Of a stretch of DNA of 64,000 bases, positions 13,074 to 29,210 are shown one piece after another. The stretch covers positions 38,254,001 through 38,318,000 of the forward strand of contig NC_042998.1 of the NCBI RefSeq assembly GCF_006345805.1. Direction: 5' to 3'. The DNA is from Octopus sinensis. Its lineage: Eukaryota. The position numbers and the translations under genes were made by a program. A model generated the notes under the pieces. That model saw nothing but the letters and a program-made list of their open reading frames with translations, was not told the origin of the DNA and searched no databases. Within the stretch, counting starts at the first letter, position 1; each line of letters opens with the position of its first letter.

Positions 13074-13282
13074 GGGGTGAGCTGGCAGACTCGTTTGCGC
13101 TCCGGGCAAAGGCGAAACAGCGTTTCGTCCGACATTACATTCTGAATTCAATTTCCACCGAGGTCGACTTTGCTTGTTATCCTTTCCAGATCGATAAGAT
13201 ATATAACTGATAAGTATTGGCGTCGATGTAATTCATTTATTCCCTTTCCCGACATTTCTGGTCTTGAGCCAAAATTTGAAAT
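13074..13282 (+). mobile_element. SINE family b, diverged
   Basis: gagctggcagactcgtt...aatttccaccgaggtcgactttgc...ccaaaatttgaa. Confidence 0.7.
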
Positions 13283-15076
13283 TAATAACTTTTTGTGTAG
13301 CCTCCTGACATACCTGTACAGAATTTCTAAAATATTAAATATGTGCAGAGTTAAGTGCATTTCTAATACACTAATATGATACTAACTGCTATAGTATATT
13401 TTATATGAAAGATCCGTATCCGTATTTGCAGGGGTTCGTTTGTATTGGTGTGTGCGTGTACCAGTATCAAATCGAATTTCTGTTGTCTGTGGTTTTATCA
13501 AGTGAAAATGTCATATACATACAAAAATGTCTTTACAGTCTGGATATCCTATTCTCAGAAAATACATTTGGATACTTTTCAAGTTACAATATTTTTATTC
13601 TCTGGGATTCAACTATTTTGTAATGTTTTCCCTCTTTCCATGTAAACAATCACATCCCACTGTTTTGTGCCTTTGCCACTTCTATATAACCCTTCTCTAT
13701 TTATGATTCTATCGTATAAATTCTTTTTTTCTGATGAACGGCTTAAGTAAAGATTTCAATCTACAAAGATCACAACTTCGTCGTGTTTGTGGATTGAGTT
13801 TTTGTCAAAGGCTAGTATAGACCATAAAACGATGAAATATGTTGGAACTGCTTATAGCGGGGATTGGAAACAGAACCCTAGCTAATCGGTCACGCATTAC
13901 CATCAAACCACAGTAGTTTCACGTGATTTGCCCTATTAAACAACGAATGAGCGTCAACCATCGTGTGACCAATCTTCTAGAATCTTCCTGTATCCTATAA
14001 AAAGCTTAACACATATGGTAGATGGTCAACAGGAATCTCTGTCGTCACGAATATAGCACAATTGTTTCCTGTTACGGTGGGCCGACCACCGGTTGCTGGA
14101 GCAACAAGATTGCCACAAAAACCAAACAGTATATCTCTTCTAGTATGTAATTATGGCTGTTATTATTTATTAAAAGACCAACACAGTTAAATTCTATTTG
14201 CAATAATAGAATCTTCTGTTGATTGTTCGCGGATGTGTTTAGTTACTTTTTCACGTAGCTCAAAAAACACATTTTCATTTATCAACTCAGTCATCATCGC
14301 AGATCAAACAATAAACCCGCCGCAAATATATTTTGACCCTAATTTGCATTTTGGTCATTGTGCTTCAATATTATGGAATTGTTGAATCTCGACCTCAGTT
14401 TCATCCTTGCTTCTCTCAGTCAGCATTTCTTGGTCTAATATACGGATCCTGCTTAATATTTTAGACGTGTGTCTTAACAGTACCATAGTATATACACAAA
14501 ATGCTACTTGCAACAACCGGTTTCTAATAGCAAAGTAAGGTTAATAGAAAAATAATAATGAAAATAACAAACCATATCTTTGAATACATATCGTCTCACT
14601 GTTTTTATGAGTATCTCTACATTTGGGCTAGAAGCAACACGAACTACCCAACAGTGATTTGCCATACTTGACTGATTTTATTGTTTAAAGTCCATATGAT
14701 GAATGGTTGCCACAATTGAAAATAATGAAGCGACCTTTCTCGTTCTAGAAGTATTAGATATCCAAAAAGCGAACCCGAAATCTTGGCAATAAATAACAGT
14801 TCCTGGAATTCATAGATGGATTCATATATTTATCTTAATTCAATAGATGTAATGCAAAACTGCTTTATAAAGATACCATTGCGCCGTCACCGCAGAACTC
14901 GCCGTTGGTTTTGTACTTTTCAACTTTCTTGTATAATTAGGTAATAGACAGGTCGATTAACGATTCCTTTTTGTTTTCGTGATGCTTAACACTGAACAGA
15001 TATATCTTCTTAGAGGCTCTACTGGGATTCAGACTTGGGTTAAATTAGGTGAATTCAGCACTTATAAATGATTTTA

Positions 15077-15375
15077 TGTGGAGGCATATGGCCTAGTGGT
15101 AAGAGGAACAGACTCGCGGTCGAGGGATCGCGGGTTTAAATCTCAGACCGTGCGATTTGTGTGTTTACGAGCGAAACACCTAAGCTCCACGCGACTGCAG
15201 CAGAAAGAAATGGCGAACTTCTGCTGACTCTTTCTCCACAACTTTTTCTCACTCTTTCTTCTGCATCTAGTAGCTCAACTGTGATGGACCGGCGCCTGTC
15301 CAGGTGGGTAACCTATACGCCAATGAAACCAGGAAACTGGCCCTTATGAGCCAGGCATGGCTCGGGAATTAACAA
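15077..15375 (+). mobile_element. tRNA-headed SINE, family c
   Basis: A box tggcctagtggt, B-box-like gggtttaaatctc, central gatggaccggcgcctgtccagg motif, and an aacaaac tail. Confidence 0.7.
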
Positions 15376-16294
15376 ACACCAATGATTTTATATCTGAGTA
15401 AAATATTTTCTTCTAAACTGTTAATGATCGCAAAAATAAAAACTGCTGTCTCAGTATTTTTGTCATTAAAAGAGAAACTCACAATATATGAAGAGTAAAA
15501 CAACATTTAGGTTGCAAATATTTTACGTATAGACTACATGGCTTTGTAGTATTCGGTGTTATCGCATCTCAACAGAAAGGTAAACATCGTTCGTTTGCTG
15601 TGCTGGATGTGTTAGGCCATAATCGTGTTTCTGTCACACTGAAGAGTCAACAACCTATATTATTAACAGTTCCACTACTTTGTAGATATTAATTTCAATC
15701 AAAACTTGTGTGGCCTCTCGTTCTCCACCAGGAGTTTCACTGATTAATACATTAAAATTGTCGCATTCATATAACAATAGATGTTTAGTACATAGGTTGA
15801 TCAGAATTCCAATATCATTTTAAGTTTTGCACGCTAGTTATTCAGATGTCACCTGTATTTTTTCCACAGTGCCCTATATGTGCTAGAAAATCTATGGAAG
15901 TTAAGCTTTCAAAGCTGCACACATACAGAAAGTAGATCACGAGAAAAAGAGAATGAAATTTACAAGTGTTATCTCATTTGCTATACAATGGTGACATATT
16001 GCATTCTAGCATTCGCATTTCTTCGTCGACCTCCTTTATTGCTTCGCCTGTTGTATGTCTATTGACAACCTTCTAACTTTTGTTTGATTTTGCTTTCCAA
16101 CCATTGTTGTTTGCAGACCATCTTCTCTGCTAGACACTTGCTGTAATCCTACAGCAACTATTTTATTACTTGCAAACCATTTCCCCACCCGTTGTGCTGG
16201 CAATAAATTTACAGTTTTAATATGTTTCCTTTGGCCGTATACAACAAATGCTGGAATTAGCAGTAGTAATAGTAGTAGCAGCAGCAGCAACACC

Positions 16295-16329
<35 letters not shown>

Positions 16330-17039
16330 CAGTAGCAGTGGTTGTAGTAGTGTGTATTAGTGTGTGTGTGTGTGTGTCGTATATGTATGGATATATGAAA
16401 ACACCAGTGGGTGTGTAGTGGGTGTGTAGTGACCCAAGTGTATGAATATGTATATGTAGTTACATGCACATGGAAACGTGTACGTATATGTGTATGTATA
16501 AGTGGATGTATGCAAGTGTGTATGTATATATATATGTATATATATATATATAAAGTCAAGATAGAAAAGGGTAAAATAATTTTATAAAAAACATTTCAGT
16601 ACCGGTTTCAGTCATTGAGACTTTTTTCAACTGTAACAAACAATTAAATTTAGAATAAATTAAAAGAAAAGTTTTTTTTAAAAGAATATTTGTATAGTGC
16701 TCAAATACAAGTGACATTTTCCTTGTTTCTGCCTGTCTTTGTCTCTCTTGTTTACTCTTGTAGGTTCAAGGTCATATATATATATATATATAAATGGCCG
16801 TAGGGGTGTGTGATTCACCTTCGATGAAATAGTCGTCGATTGGTCACACTGCCGGCGTATCATTTCGGTCTTGCGGCGAACATGATGACACACTCCCTAT
16901 GAGGTTATCTTTCAGACATAAATTATATCAACTACGGCCAAGGTTGAAAGAATGGGAGGGTGGCCAAAGTACCCTGTGTGTGCGTGCATGTACCAGCGAA
17001 AGTGTGTGTGCGTGTGCGTGTGTGTGCGTGTGCGTGTGC

Positions 17040-17122
<83 letters not shown>

Positions 17123-18142
17123 TGTACGTGTGCGTGTACACGCATCTTGATCTCAGCTACCTAGCTAAACAACATTTCGCCCCTTAGATATTATACCCTG
17201 CATACATATCTCTCCCTTCCTTCTATTACCATTTCTCTGAATTAAACTCAATGTAACTCAATCCATCCCTGCCCATCCATTCGCTTCCCCTACGAACATT
17301 CTTTTTTTATCACAAATTACTGATATTAAGATCGTGAGCCGAATGCCCGAACCGCTAAGCCACGTATATAGAGAGAAGACTATTTCTTTTAGGCTGAGTT
17401 CATTAGTTTGTTATTTAAAAAATGGCTGCTACTTTAATACCCTTTAAGTTAGCCGTTTGGTTTACATATTACTCTTGTTTGCACACTAGTCTATACGTAT
17501 AGTTATGTGGCATCTTTATGGTTCTATATTATTCCATCTTAACCATAGACACGATAAGACAGTGTCATAAAAATTCATACATAAAATAAAACCAAACTGA
17601 AATTCAATTTAGGATGTAGACGAAAACCGTGATGATAAAATTAACTCGTCAGATAAAGAATACTCCATCAGTATTAACAGCATTATCTGTGAGTCTTCAG
17701 GTAAGGTTCAGTGGTAACGGTCGCTGCTCGTTCCGTCTATTAGTTTGACATGCGCTGATCTAGTTATATTAACTCGTTTATGTGACATTTGTACTTTGTT
17801 AAATATGAGTGAAGACATGTTGAAGATCGTACGTCCCTGTAGTGAATATACTTGAAATGTAAAAAGGAAACTCTCATTCTTAAAAAAAATATATATACAA
17901 TATCAAAAGATGAATTAAGTAAAACAAAAATAATTACAATTCACCGAGAGAATTTACATTTCTTTCTATTATTGTGTTTTCCTCCTGCCATCAATGCTTT
18001 GTGAATTTCAATGAAATTTTCAAAAAATATATTTTCTTCCATTAGAGAATAAATAGCAAACCTTTTAAAGAATATGTAGTCACCCAGGAGTAGTATGTAT
18101 AAATATATATATATGTATAAATACATATATATACATACTTAT

Positions 18143-18201
<59 letters not shown>

Positions 18202-18264
18202 TATATATGTATATGTATATATATATATATGTACATACACACACACACATATATATATATACAG

Positions 18265-18386
<122 letters not shown>

Positions 18387-18667
18387 TGGTTGCTTAGCTG
18401 TAAAGACAGAAGACAGCAGCGACGACAATCCTTTCATATTTCTTTAACAATAAAATGCATATGAAGCAGTTCAATGCATCGATTTGTTCTCCAGTAAAGT
18501 TAATATATTTTGCTTTATACACACTACATTTTTCAGTCGGAAAATGGAGTTGTAAACAACAAAATTTCTGTAGAATATATAACCAGATGTGAAAGAACTA
18601 TTTATTTACTTTCATGATTGAAAGTATAAAAGCAAATATATATACTATAAAAGCAAGTTTATGTATT

Positions 18668-19886
<1,219 letters not shown>

Positions 19887-19940
19887 GTAGGTAGGTAGGT
19901 AGGTAGGTAGGTAGGTAGGTAGATAGATAGATAGATAGAT

Positions 19941-21040
19941 ATGTTTCTTTATTAGCCACACAGGGCTGCACACAGATAGAACAAATTACAAGGTAGAGCT
20001 TTTCTTTTGAAGGTTTAAAAAAAAAAAAAAAAAGGAAGGGGGAGTTTCGATCAAAAGGGATCGTAAAAGGAGAGAAAGAGGACAAAAAAAGGGGGGTTAA
20101 AAAAAAGGGGGAGAGGAAAAAAAATAAATAAAAAAATGATCAATAGGGATCGTTATCACAGAAATGTCAATATGAAGTGTAAAGGGGAGGACAGGTGAGG
20201 TTTACCCGTGGAAAGAAAAGCCTACGGAAAAGACCACGGTAACCTCGGTCAATGGAGTCACATGTTATATTTTTTTTGTTTTTTTTTTGCAAATAAGCAA
20301 CTCTCTGTTTTCATTTTCTGCGTTCATAGGATCATGCTCAAGGTGGCTTCGTCATTCATACGTGCCATTCTTGCTACATTCACCCATCTTTTTTTAAAAC
20401 GTTCGCTAGACAAAACTTGCCTCTCTACTCTCACTTTCCTTTTCAAGTGGTACTTGAAGAAGTTGATGAGAGATTGACCAGAGAGGAAAGTGTTTGTCTC
20501 CAATCCTTTCAGACGCGTCCACCAGATACATTCTTTCGCCATAGCCACAAGGATGATGAAATAGCTCTTCCTTCCCGTTTGAAGGAGGGAGGCGTGACAA
20601 TATTAACGATAGACTCAGCTGATAAACCGACTCGTCCCACACGTGACAGCAGTTGTTCGACACAAGCCCACAGGTCGGAAATTGTTGGACACTGCACGAG
20701 TGCGTGCAGAACGGTTTCGTCGCTCTGACCGCATCTCGGGCAGGTCGGCCCCGTGTTTCTCGAGCCGTGACTGTAGAGCTTATCCCGAACGGGTAGCGCT
20801 TCTCGGCAGCACTGCCAGGCCAGGGATCTTTGGAAGTTGTCCATGGGCCCTGGCCCGAAAGTCGTCCTGAACAGGCGGGTCAGGTACTCCTCGTCGACGT
20901 CCAGGTTCGCCCCGAGCTCGTCGTCGTACCTCCCCTCCACTAAACCCCTATAGAATGCTTTGGTTGTGTTGAAGTCATTCAAGGTCGACCCAGGACGGCA
21001 GAGTTGCTTGAGAGCAACGCGACACTCGCGGTGCCATTCG
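19941..21040 (-). mobile_element. Tx1/L1-clade LINE, 3' fragment B with zinc-knuckle region, flanked by (GATA)n
   Basis: ORF 20509-20982 has LAWQCCREALPV..CPRCGQSDETVLHALVQC (zf-RVT type). After a frameshift, 20324-20548 gives KECIWW..F KKRW..SMIL*. The 3' end ccctgtgtggctAATAAAgaaac joins (TATC)n. Confidence 0.88.
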
Positions 21041-21121
<81 letters not shown>

Positions 21122-21395
21122 GATGGATGGATGGATGGATGGATGGATCATACTTACATAGAGTACAAACAACAAAGAAAATTAGAAGGGAGGAGGTAAG
21201 GTGTTACAAGTCACAAGCTGTCGGACTTGTAACATCTTACCTTCTCTCTTATAATTTTCTCTGTAGTTTGTACTTTGTGTAAATTTGATTTATATAAATA
21301 TCTCTATATTTATACTTAAATATTCATCGTCTGCAAATCTTCAGTCTTTGCTTCCCTTCTGTTTACATGTATACATACATAGATACATACATACA

Positions 21396-21438
<43 letters not shown>

Positions 21439-21668
21439 CAGCAAAAAAAACACATTTTATCAATTCAATAATGAAAATGAGAAATTAAATTACGATTTAA
21501 TTTTTCCTTATTGAATTGATAAAAGGTGGGTTTTTTCTAATTTATATAAATATATATATATACATATATATATCATATTTTGTGAAATTTGATTTAGTAT
21601 TTCTAAATTGAATTTTTTCCTATAAGTTTCGAATAATTTTCCCTCGTATTATTATTATTATTATTATT

Positions 21669-22081
21669 GAGTGAGCGAGCAGAGCATGCCATCAAAGTGA
21701 CACTGGGGTAAAATATACGAAGCCCAGTATACCCATCATGACTACCCGTCTGATAAGGGTACACCAGGCACATGCATCACAACCATATGTGCGCGACATG
21801 GTGATCTCATATCAAGATAAACAGCACATGACCTTGCATGTGGAGCCCAGTTAGAATTTTCTTCAGATCGAGTAACCCATCCCGCTCAAAAGGTCCCTGA
21901 ATAAGGGTTGTTTAAGGACGTTGAACGACACACCCATGTTTCCAGAGGTGAATTATTCAAACCCCAAAGAATCCTTCTCAACACATGGCTATGATGCTCC
22001 CCCACAGAATCCTTCTCAACACATGGCTATGATGCTCCCCCACAAGAATCCTTCTCAACACATGGCTATGATGCTCCCCCA
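21669..22081 (-). mobile_element. Interspersed element flanked by (TAA)n on both sides, probably a LINE 3' UTR or SINE; terminal 38-39-bp unit triplicated
   Basis: (TTA)n at ~21648-21668 and 22082-22165. agaatccttctcaacacatggctatgatgctccccca starts at 21968, 22006 and 22045. Confidence 0.6.
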
Positions 22082-22082
22082 C

Positions 22083-22132
<50 letters not shown>

Positions 22133-22165
22133 TATTATTATTATTATCATTATTATTATTATCAT

Positions 22166-22552
22166 TACTCTTTACTCTACTCTTTTACTTGTTTCAGTCA
22201 TTCGCCTTTAGTCGAGCAAATCGACCCCGGGACTTATTCTTTGTAAGCCCAGTACTTATTCTATCGGTCTCTTTTGCCGAACCGCTAAGTGACGGGGACG
22301 TAAACACACCAGCACCGGTTGTCAAGAAATGCTAGGGGGACAAACACAGACACACAAACACACACACATACACACACACATATATATATATATACATATA
22401 TACGACAGGCTTCTTTCAGTTTCCGTCTACCAAATCCACTCACAAGGCATTGGTCGGCCCGGGGCTATAGCAGAAGATGCCACGCAGTGGGACTGAACCC
22501 AGAACCATGTGGTTGGTTAGCAAGCTACTTACCACACAGCCACTCCTGCGCC
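22166..22552 (-). mobile_element. tRNA-derived SINE, family a, full length
   Basis: Head ggcgcaggagtggctgtgtggtaag..ggttcagtcccactgcgtggc, internal (TA/CA) tract, tail gactgaaacaagtaaaagagta. Near-identical to 24687-25075. Confidence 0.85.
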
Positions 22553-22830
22553 TATATTTATTATTATATATATATATATATATTATTATTATATATATAT
22601 ATATATATATACCTTTTTTTCGCTTACAGTACGTTTCGGCCAATTGTTATTGTCCACATTTTCACGTTAAACTGCATTATGATGTTATAAAACAATGGCC
22701 TCTTCTGAGCATATTTGACTGCTAATCTTTTCCCTTCTCTCGAATGGACCAATTTATTGCAGGCCTATTAACTCGTATATGTGTGTTGTGTGTGTGTGTG
22801 TGTGTGTCCGTGTGAGTGTGTGTGTGTGTG

Positions 22831-22871
<41 letters not shown>

Positions 22872-24686
22872 TTGTAAGGAAATTCGAAGAACACTATAAT
22901 TTCTGCCGTATTTTGGTGAACGTTTATTCGACAAAACATCCTGAGAATTTTTATTATATCCCGTAAATGGAAATCAATATTCACAAGTTACTAATTTTTC
23001 TTTCGATGCTTTTGCGACCCTCGCCTTTCAGCATCTCAACATCATCAACGCATGAAACCTCATTATAGTCACTGGACCCGCTAGCGGTAGCAGAAACATT
23101 CCTTCAAATCACACACAATAGCTTTAAAACAGAATTGACCCATTGGATAGTGCAGTGAGACACATACAGAAGACCTAGCAATCAATGCTGGTTCATGTTT
23201 GATCAAATTCCAGTTGAATTAGTGTTGACATATGACAGCGACTTGATAAACAACCATATTAAATTGTTCATTAATTGTTGGGGAGAAAAATAAATAATGA
23301 CTAATTGAGATGACTAATTGAGATCATCCAAAGTAAAATTTAACTGTTGTGTGAGTGAAAACTTATTCAATAGATCAAAATTTTAAAAGAAATATTCATT
23401 CTAATATTCTGTAAAATGAAAACCTATCACAATGATTAAATATCTATCGCCATCGACACGTAAGGGAGACAATTACAGAACCCCTGAGGAAACGTAACGT
23501 CGTTACAGCTTGTCGAAGCCTTACTGATCAAGTCGATAAGCACACATATTCCATTGCAGATTCATTGCCGCAGAGAAATAGATATTCTGTCCAATATTGG
23601 CAAACAAATATAACGACTGCCTTATTTCCAGAACATTAAGCTGTTCTGGTGTACGTAGTTTTGTTGTTCTGGTTCAGAACACCAAAGCCAACTTACATGT
23701 ATTTGCATGTGCTTATATATTCATGCTATTTGCAAATAAATCCATTTTATTAAAACCAAAATTTATCACTTTAATTACGATATAATTCCTATATTTTGAG
23801 CTGGTAAAGTATACCAATTCCGAATTATTAGGAGGTCTACATCACTTGCACACACAAGAGAAGATTCTAGTCCTAAAGTCTTGAATATATTGAACATTGC
23901 ATTTCTTTGGAAGAAGAGTAGTTAGCTACCATACTTGTAAGTCTCCTCTCTTCACAACTGATTTTGTGTCAGGAAAAAGCAAAGATGTGGGGCATTGCAC
24001 CTTAGCGCCAGTATCATCGCATGTATCGCCACTAGAACGCAAAAATTTGGACGAGGCACGGCAAAGTGTTTCTTCCGAAGTTCTAACAATCCTACCACTC
24101 CATACCTGGAACGCCTTAGATATTCAAGAAATAAATTGTCCAGTTTATCCCATGCCGATCAGTGTTGCTTTTCATTCTTTCGGCGTCTGTAAGATAAAGT
24201 ACCAGTAAAGAGCGATTCCTGAGCAAAATTGTTAAATCGTTAGATGAGATGTTTTGCAATATTTGTGTCGGCTCTTTGTACTTTAGTGATAGACTTAATC
24301 CGGACTTGCCACAGCCGGATTAAGCACTGGCACTTCGTGTTTGCCTTTCCCTAGAGGATTTCACTCCATTTCAGGCATTCGGCCCTGCTCTCCGGTTAGA
24401 GGTAGACTTTATTTCTTTCTTCACACAAGTTTTGAGGTCATGAAAATATATACTATAACAAGTAGCGCTGTTCCCTATCTGATTATCTGGGAAAAGGTTT
24501 CAGAAAGTTGAAAGTGATTTGAAGGCAATTTGGAAATTATTTTGGAGCAGTCAGAAGCACGATTGTTGAAAAGTGAGACCAATTAGTATTCATTATCGAC
24601 ATACAAATTAAATTAAATATTCTCAGATAGCGATACAGCAAGCAGAAAACAATGCTCAAGTTATTTCTCTCTTCTCCCTTTCCACA

Positions 24687-25075
24687 GACGCAGGAGTGGC
24701 TGTGTGGTAAGTTGCTTGCTAACCAACCACATGGTTCTGAGTTCAGTCCTACTGTGTGGCACCTTAGGCAAGTGTCTTCCACTATAGCCTCGGGACGACA
24801 AAAGCCTTGTGAGTGGATTTGGTAGATGGAAACTGAAAGAAGCCCGTCGTATATATATATGTGTGTGTGTTTGTGTCTGTGTTTGTCCCCACCCCTAACA
24901 TCGCTTGACAACTGATGCTCGTGTGTTTACGTCTGCGTAACTTAGCGGTTCAGCAAAAACAGACCGATAGAATAAGTACTAGGCTTACAAAAGAAAAAGT
25001 TCTGGGGTCGATTTGCTCAACTAAAGGCGGTGCTCTAGCATGGCCGCAGTCAAATGACTGAAACAAGTAAAAGAG
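24687..25075 (+). mobile_element. tRNA-derived SINE, family a, full length
   Basis: A-box/B-box-like head and the same body and tail as 22166-22552. Confidence 0.85.
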
Positions 25076-25334
25076 ACGTTTGCTTATTCCATCAAATATA
25101 CAAAGGGCCGTGTAAGCTAAGACTTACTTGCCAATGATGGGAAAAGGGGCTGTTATTGTTTCGTTTACTTATGCACATACACCTTAATAAGCTCTGTATT
25201 AAAAATAATACCTGAGTTTTTGTTTCATTTTCAATCAAGCCAACATTTACTGACCTTTTACATGCGTAGCTCATCGTTTGAAACTCATAACTGATATACA
25301 TTATGAAAACACACGCACATGCACATATGCCTAA

Positions 25335-25600
25335 GTATGTATGTCATTGTTCAGTTTTATTTCAAGATTTCTTGCCAATAGAGAACGAGCCGGTTTCTAA
25401 CCTAGATCCAACGCTCCTTCATTGGAATTTCAACACTAACAAGAGGGGGGGGGGTGTATGCATGTATATGTTCAGATTTGTATGTTTTGCTTTTTGTATG
25501 TATTTTCATGCATATAGTTACATATCTAGACATGCTCATATATATTTAAATGATAAACTTCTAGAAAGTTTTTACAGTTCCAGTGATGGATTAGATTTGT
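25335..25600 (+). repeat. Unclassified interspersed repeat, copy 1
   Basis: cattgttcagttttatttcaaga(t/c)ttcttgccaata...tgataaacttct(a/g)gaaagttt recurs at 63770-64000. Confidence 0.75.
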
Positions 25601-28600
25601 AGTATTTGGATTAGCTTTCTCCTTTCTGGTTTTGGAAAGCCTAATTTCTCAAGAAAAGTATGTATGTATGTATGTATGTATGTATGTATGTATGTATTGA
25701 AAATGAAAAAAGTTACGAACATGTTTAATTGTTTTATATTATCTAAACATGTTTCAGAAACAGTAAAAGCAGTTATACCGCCATACTGGCTTCGGGTTTT
25801 ATAGTCCATCATATCGACCCCAGTTTATCGAAGTGTTCTAAAAACAAGAAAAATTATAGCAGAAATATTAAATCATTAGTTAAACAATGGAATGAAGGAA
25901 TTAAAGAATTTTCATACATTCCGGATTGTTTGTTCTTTTTCCGTAAATGTATGTATATTTGCGTGCATAAATCTATGTGTATATGTATTCGTATGTACTG
26001 CGACGATTTGTTAAATGTATTGAAATAGAATTTTTTTAATGCAATATTTTATGACTTTTTCCGAAATTAACCTTTGTAGCCTGATTCATAAGTACACCAC
26101 CAATACCAAATCCCTGACCCATGAATAACGACAGCATGGATATGTGTGGGCTTGAACATTTGATATAGTTTAGAGCAGTGGAAAAAGAATCCTTAAACTT
26201 ATCTAGCTGTAGAATATTGGTGGAATTGTTCCACTTTTCTACTTATATTTAACTGGTCTGGATTTTAGAAATAGAAAGTCTCTTTTCATCGAATGAATAG
26301 CAAAGTGCGTTCAGAATACAAAATCTCACTCACGTGCCTTTCAATATTTCTCGTGGTAGTTCTGTTTTATAAATAAGGGATTATCTTATACGTTAGTGTA
26401 ATGTGCATTATTCAGTATATTCGGGATTAAAGCGCATGAAAAAAATACCTCGAATTGTATTTACCATTGTAACGTATTAAGTAGACGTAAATTGTAATTA
26501 AAATATTTTATAATACTAATATAGTTTTCGGTACATACTCGTAAATCTTATATATTTTTCACATATTTTAGTGCTCTAGTCGACTTAAACACATAATTAA
26601 ATGTTTAAGAATAAATATAAAAATTATGATAATAAAGTCTTTCAAACACAAAAATTTTATAGCGGTAAAGTAAACATACTCTTTTGATATTGAACTCTGC
26701 CAAATCATTTGAAATCACCAGGTCTCCAATGATTCGTTCGATATAGAAATTGTTTCCATCTATAATATAACGCCTAGGCGAAACATAAAGTTCAAACAAT
26801 CGGAAGAAAGCAAGGAATTTATACCATTATTCTTTTTATCTTTTCAGGGCTTAAATGCAAATCACTACCTAATGAAAAGCTCCTTGATTTCGCAGTGTTG
26901 TTGTTGCTTACACTAATTTTTACCATGAGATACTTGTGGCATTTTTAATCCTGTCTAAAGTCTGGTTGCACAGACTTATAATCAAAATCGTCTAAGTTGT
27001 AACAATCCCATCTTTTTTTTTTCCTGTAGTTACGACTACAATGCCCATTGCGTCAACTTTACAGACAATACGCGTGTGACTTGAGCGGAGATTTCGTCAG
27101 CGGGTTGGGTGAAGTTGTTGAAATTCCTCCCTCCTTAATTTTGTGTTTTGCTGTTTACAAGGTCGTGGCTGAAAATACATCGCATTGCCAGTGGGAGGAT
27201 ATGAACCACCAACCTATTCAGTAGTTATATTGTACATTATTGACTCAGCTATTCATACTTATGAATAATTTAGATCACGCAATGTCCAAATTATGATTCC
27301 TGTAACGGAAGTAAGTTTTAGAATACAAACATAAAATAGTCCATCATTTTCCATTAGTCCCTTTAGTTTATTTACATTGATTGCCTCTTCGGATATTTTT
27401 GTTAAAGAAGGTGAAAAATATAATTTGAATTAGGTAACTACCATAATAGATGTAATAAATATACATGTGAACTTCTTGGTTAAGAGAAACACCTGTATTT
27501 CAATTCGCGACTAATGCTGCTTGTAAGATAATGCTCCACCAAATGGTTTACATTCTATAACAGCAACATTTCACACGTTCCAGTAATTTCCCCAGACATT
27601 ACCAGTGATACTTTAAAAAATTCTTAATTTCTAAAAGCCAAAAGCAATAACATCAAGCTTTTGTAAGTTCCAAAATTTCAATATTGGCCAACATGGTAAG
27701 ATCTTATGCAAGAAATACATTTCGACATTTTCATATAATTTGCAAATGTTTTCATCTAATTATTCTAAAAGCTACTTATTAGTACATTTTCATGAAGAGT
27801 TGTGTAGGCTTACACACCAGCTGCAGACTACGTTTTCGAGTTAATTTGATGTGCAGACATTGGTAGACAGCCAATAGCCAGTAGCTGCTTAGAGAGTAGA
27901 GGAGGTGTGTGGCTGTGTATAATGACATGAATCCAAATGTGATTGGATTTCCTCCCGAGCATAAACTAATAGTCATCGGTCGTCGGAGATACAGATAACA
28001 AAATAGAAACAAGATTCGTAGTTCACAGAAAATCTCTCTTCACTTCGTGTTCTAAGGGTTAAAATAATGTTGGATCAGTAGACAAGTTCTATTTCATACT
28101 TACAGCGATATACTATTGACGAACTGATGCAGGGAGTCTGTGAAAGTTCGCAGCTGTGGCATTTCATTCATTTCATTGCAGAATTAATATGAATAGAAGT
28201 CTGTCTTATTCCACTTCTGTCCACCTTTTACTTCTCAGAAATATATTTAGGACGTAAGCTATCACAATGCTTGCTTTTGTACTACATGTGATAACATTCA
28301 TATACTGTTCCCGACATAGCGTTGTATATAGGCAGAGTACTATTCACCTACATAGAAATAGGTTTTTACAAGGCAAAAACGACCAGCTACCATGAGTAGA
28401 AGCATCAGTGTGAAATGTGCTTTGTTTTTCTTTTTGTGTTATTTGCTTTGGGGCTGAATTCAGCTTCACGTAAGAACAGCTACAATAAAGACATGATCCG
28501 CTCATCTTATTGAATTTTTTTCGAGTCACGTAATCGACTAAATTGTCGGATGATGAATGGATTCACAATGTTTGGGGATTTGATTTTGTTGGGCTGGAAG

Positions 28601-28929
28601 AGTGAAAAGCCATCCCAGTCTGTCTTTAATAGTAATCCATGGCTTTACAAAATATATGTAATGTTAGGCTCGATACGAAATACCATGAAAATAGTATGTC
28701 GGACAGAGAATAGCTCTTCAACAATTCTAATACTTTTACTGAATATTAAACTATTTGGTCAACATTACAAGAGAATACTGTCTAATGAACAGAAGACTAA
28801 AGTGACTTGTAGGATGTATTTTTTAGTAGAAGAACATTTATATTCACTACTTCATAATTGTTTCAGTTTGTAAAAGTGTTTAATATTTAAAAAATCCTTT
28901 GAACTCATTCCTTCCATGGCTATAACATC

Positions 28930-29210
28930 CAGATTTGTAGATGCTGTCGATATCTTCAGACTGGAAAGCAAATGTTCACATGTCAGTAAGAGATGTACAA
29001 CGATCGGTGAACACAGTATCTGCCAGTGTAGTTATATCGAATGTATCATCTCGTCGTATGCCAAGATCAATGAAGCAGTTGACAACAAACGGCGAAAATA
29101 GAGTCTGGAACAAGAAACATTTGAGGAAAGGTACAGAGCTCACCGTGTACAGAGCCGTTCTGCCGACCACCTTCTTGCACAGCTGAAAGTCATGGATTAT
29201 TCACTTTCAC
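28930..29210 (+). mobile_element. RTE-like LINE RT fragment, decayed
   Basis: CIISSYAKINEAVDN followed by RVWNKKHLRKGTELTVYRAVLPTTFLHS, compared with RTE RVW..L..TK..VY.A.V...LLYG.ETW. Confidence 0.6.

Noticed and set aside
21968-22082. CRISPR-like or functional repeat array
   Set aside because: Head-to-tail units without spacers in a eukaryotic repeat, with no cas genes.
26900-27200. Frameshifted peptide-like stretch on the minus strand (EISAQVTRVLS../GIVVVTTGKKKDG/DDFDYKSVQPDF)
   Set aside because: It looks like decayed coding sequence, but I cannot assign it to any family without a search.
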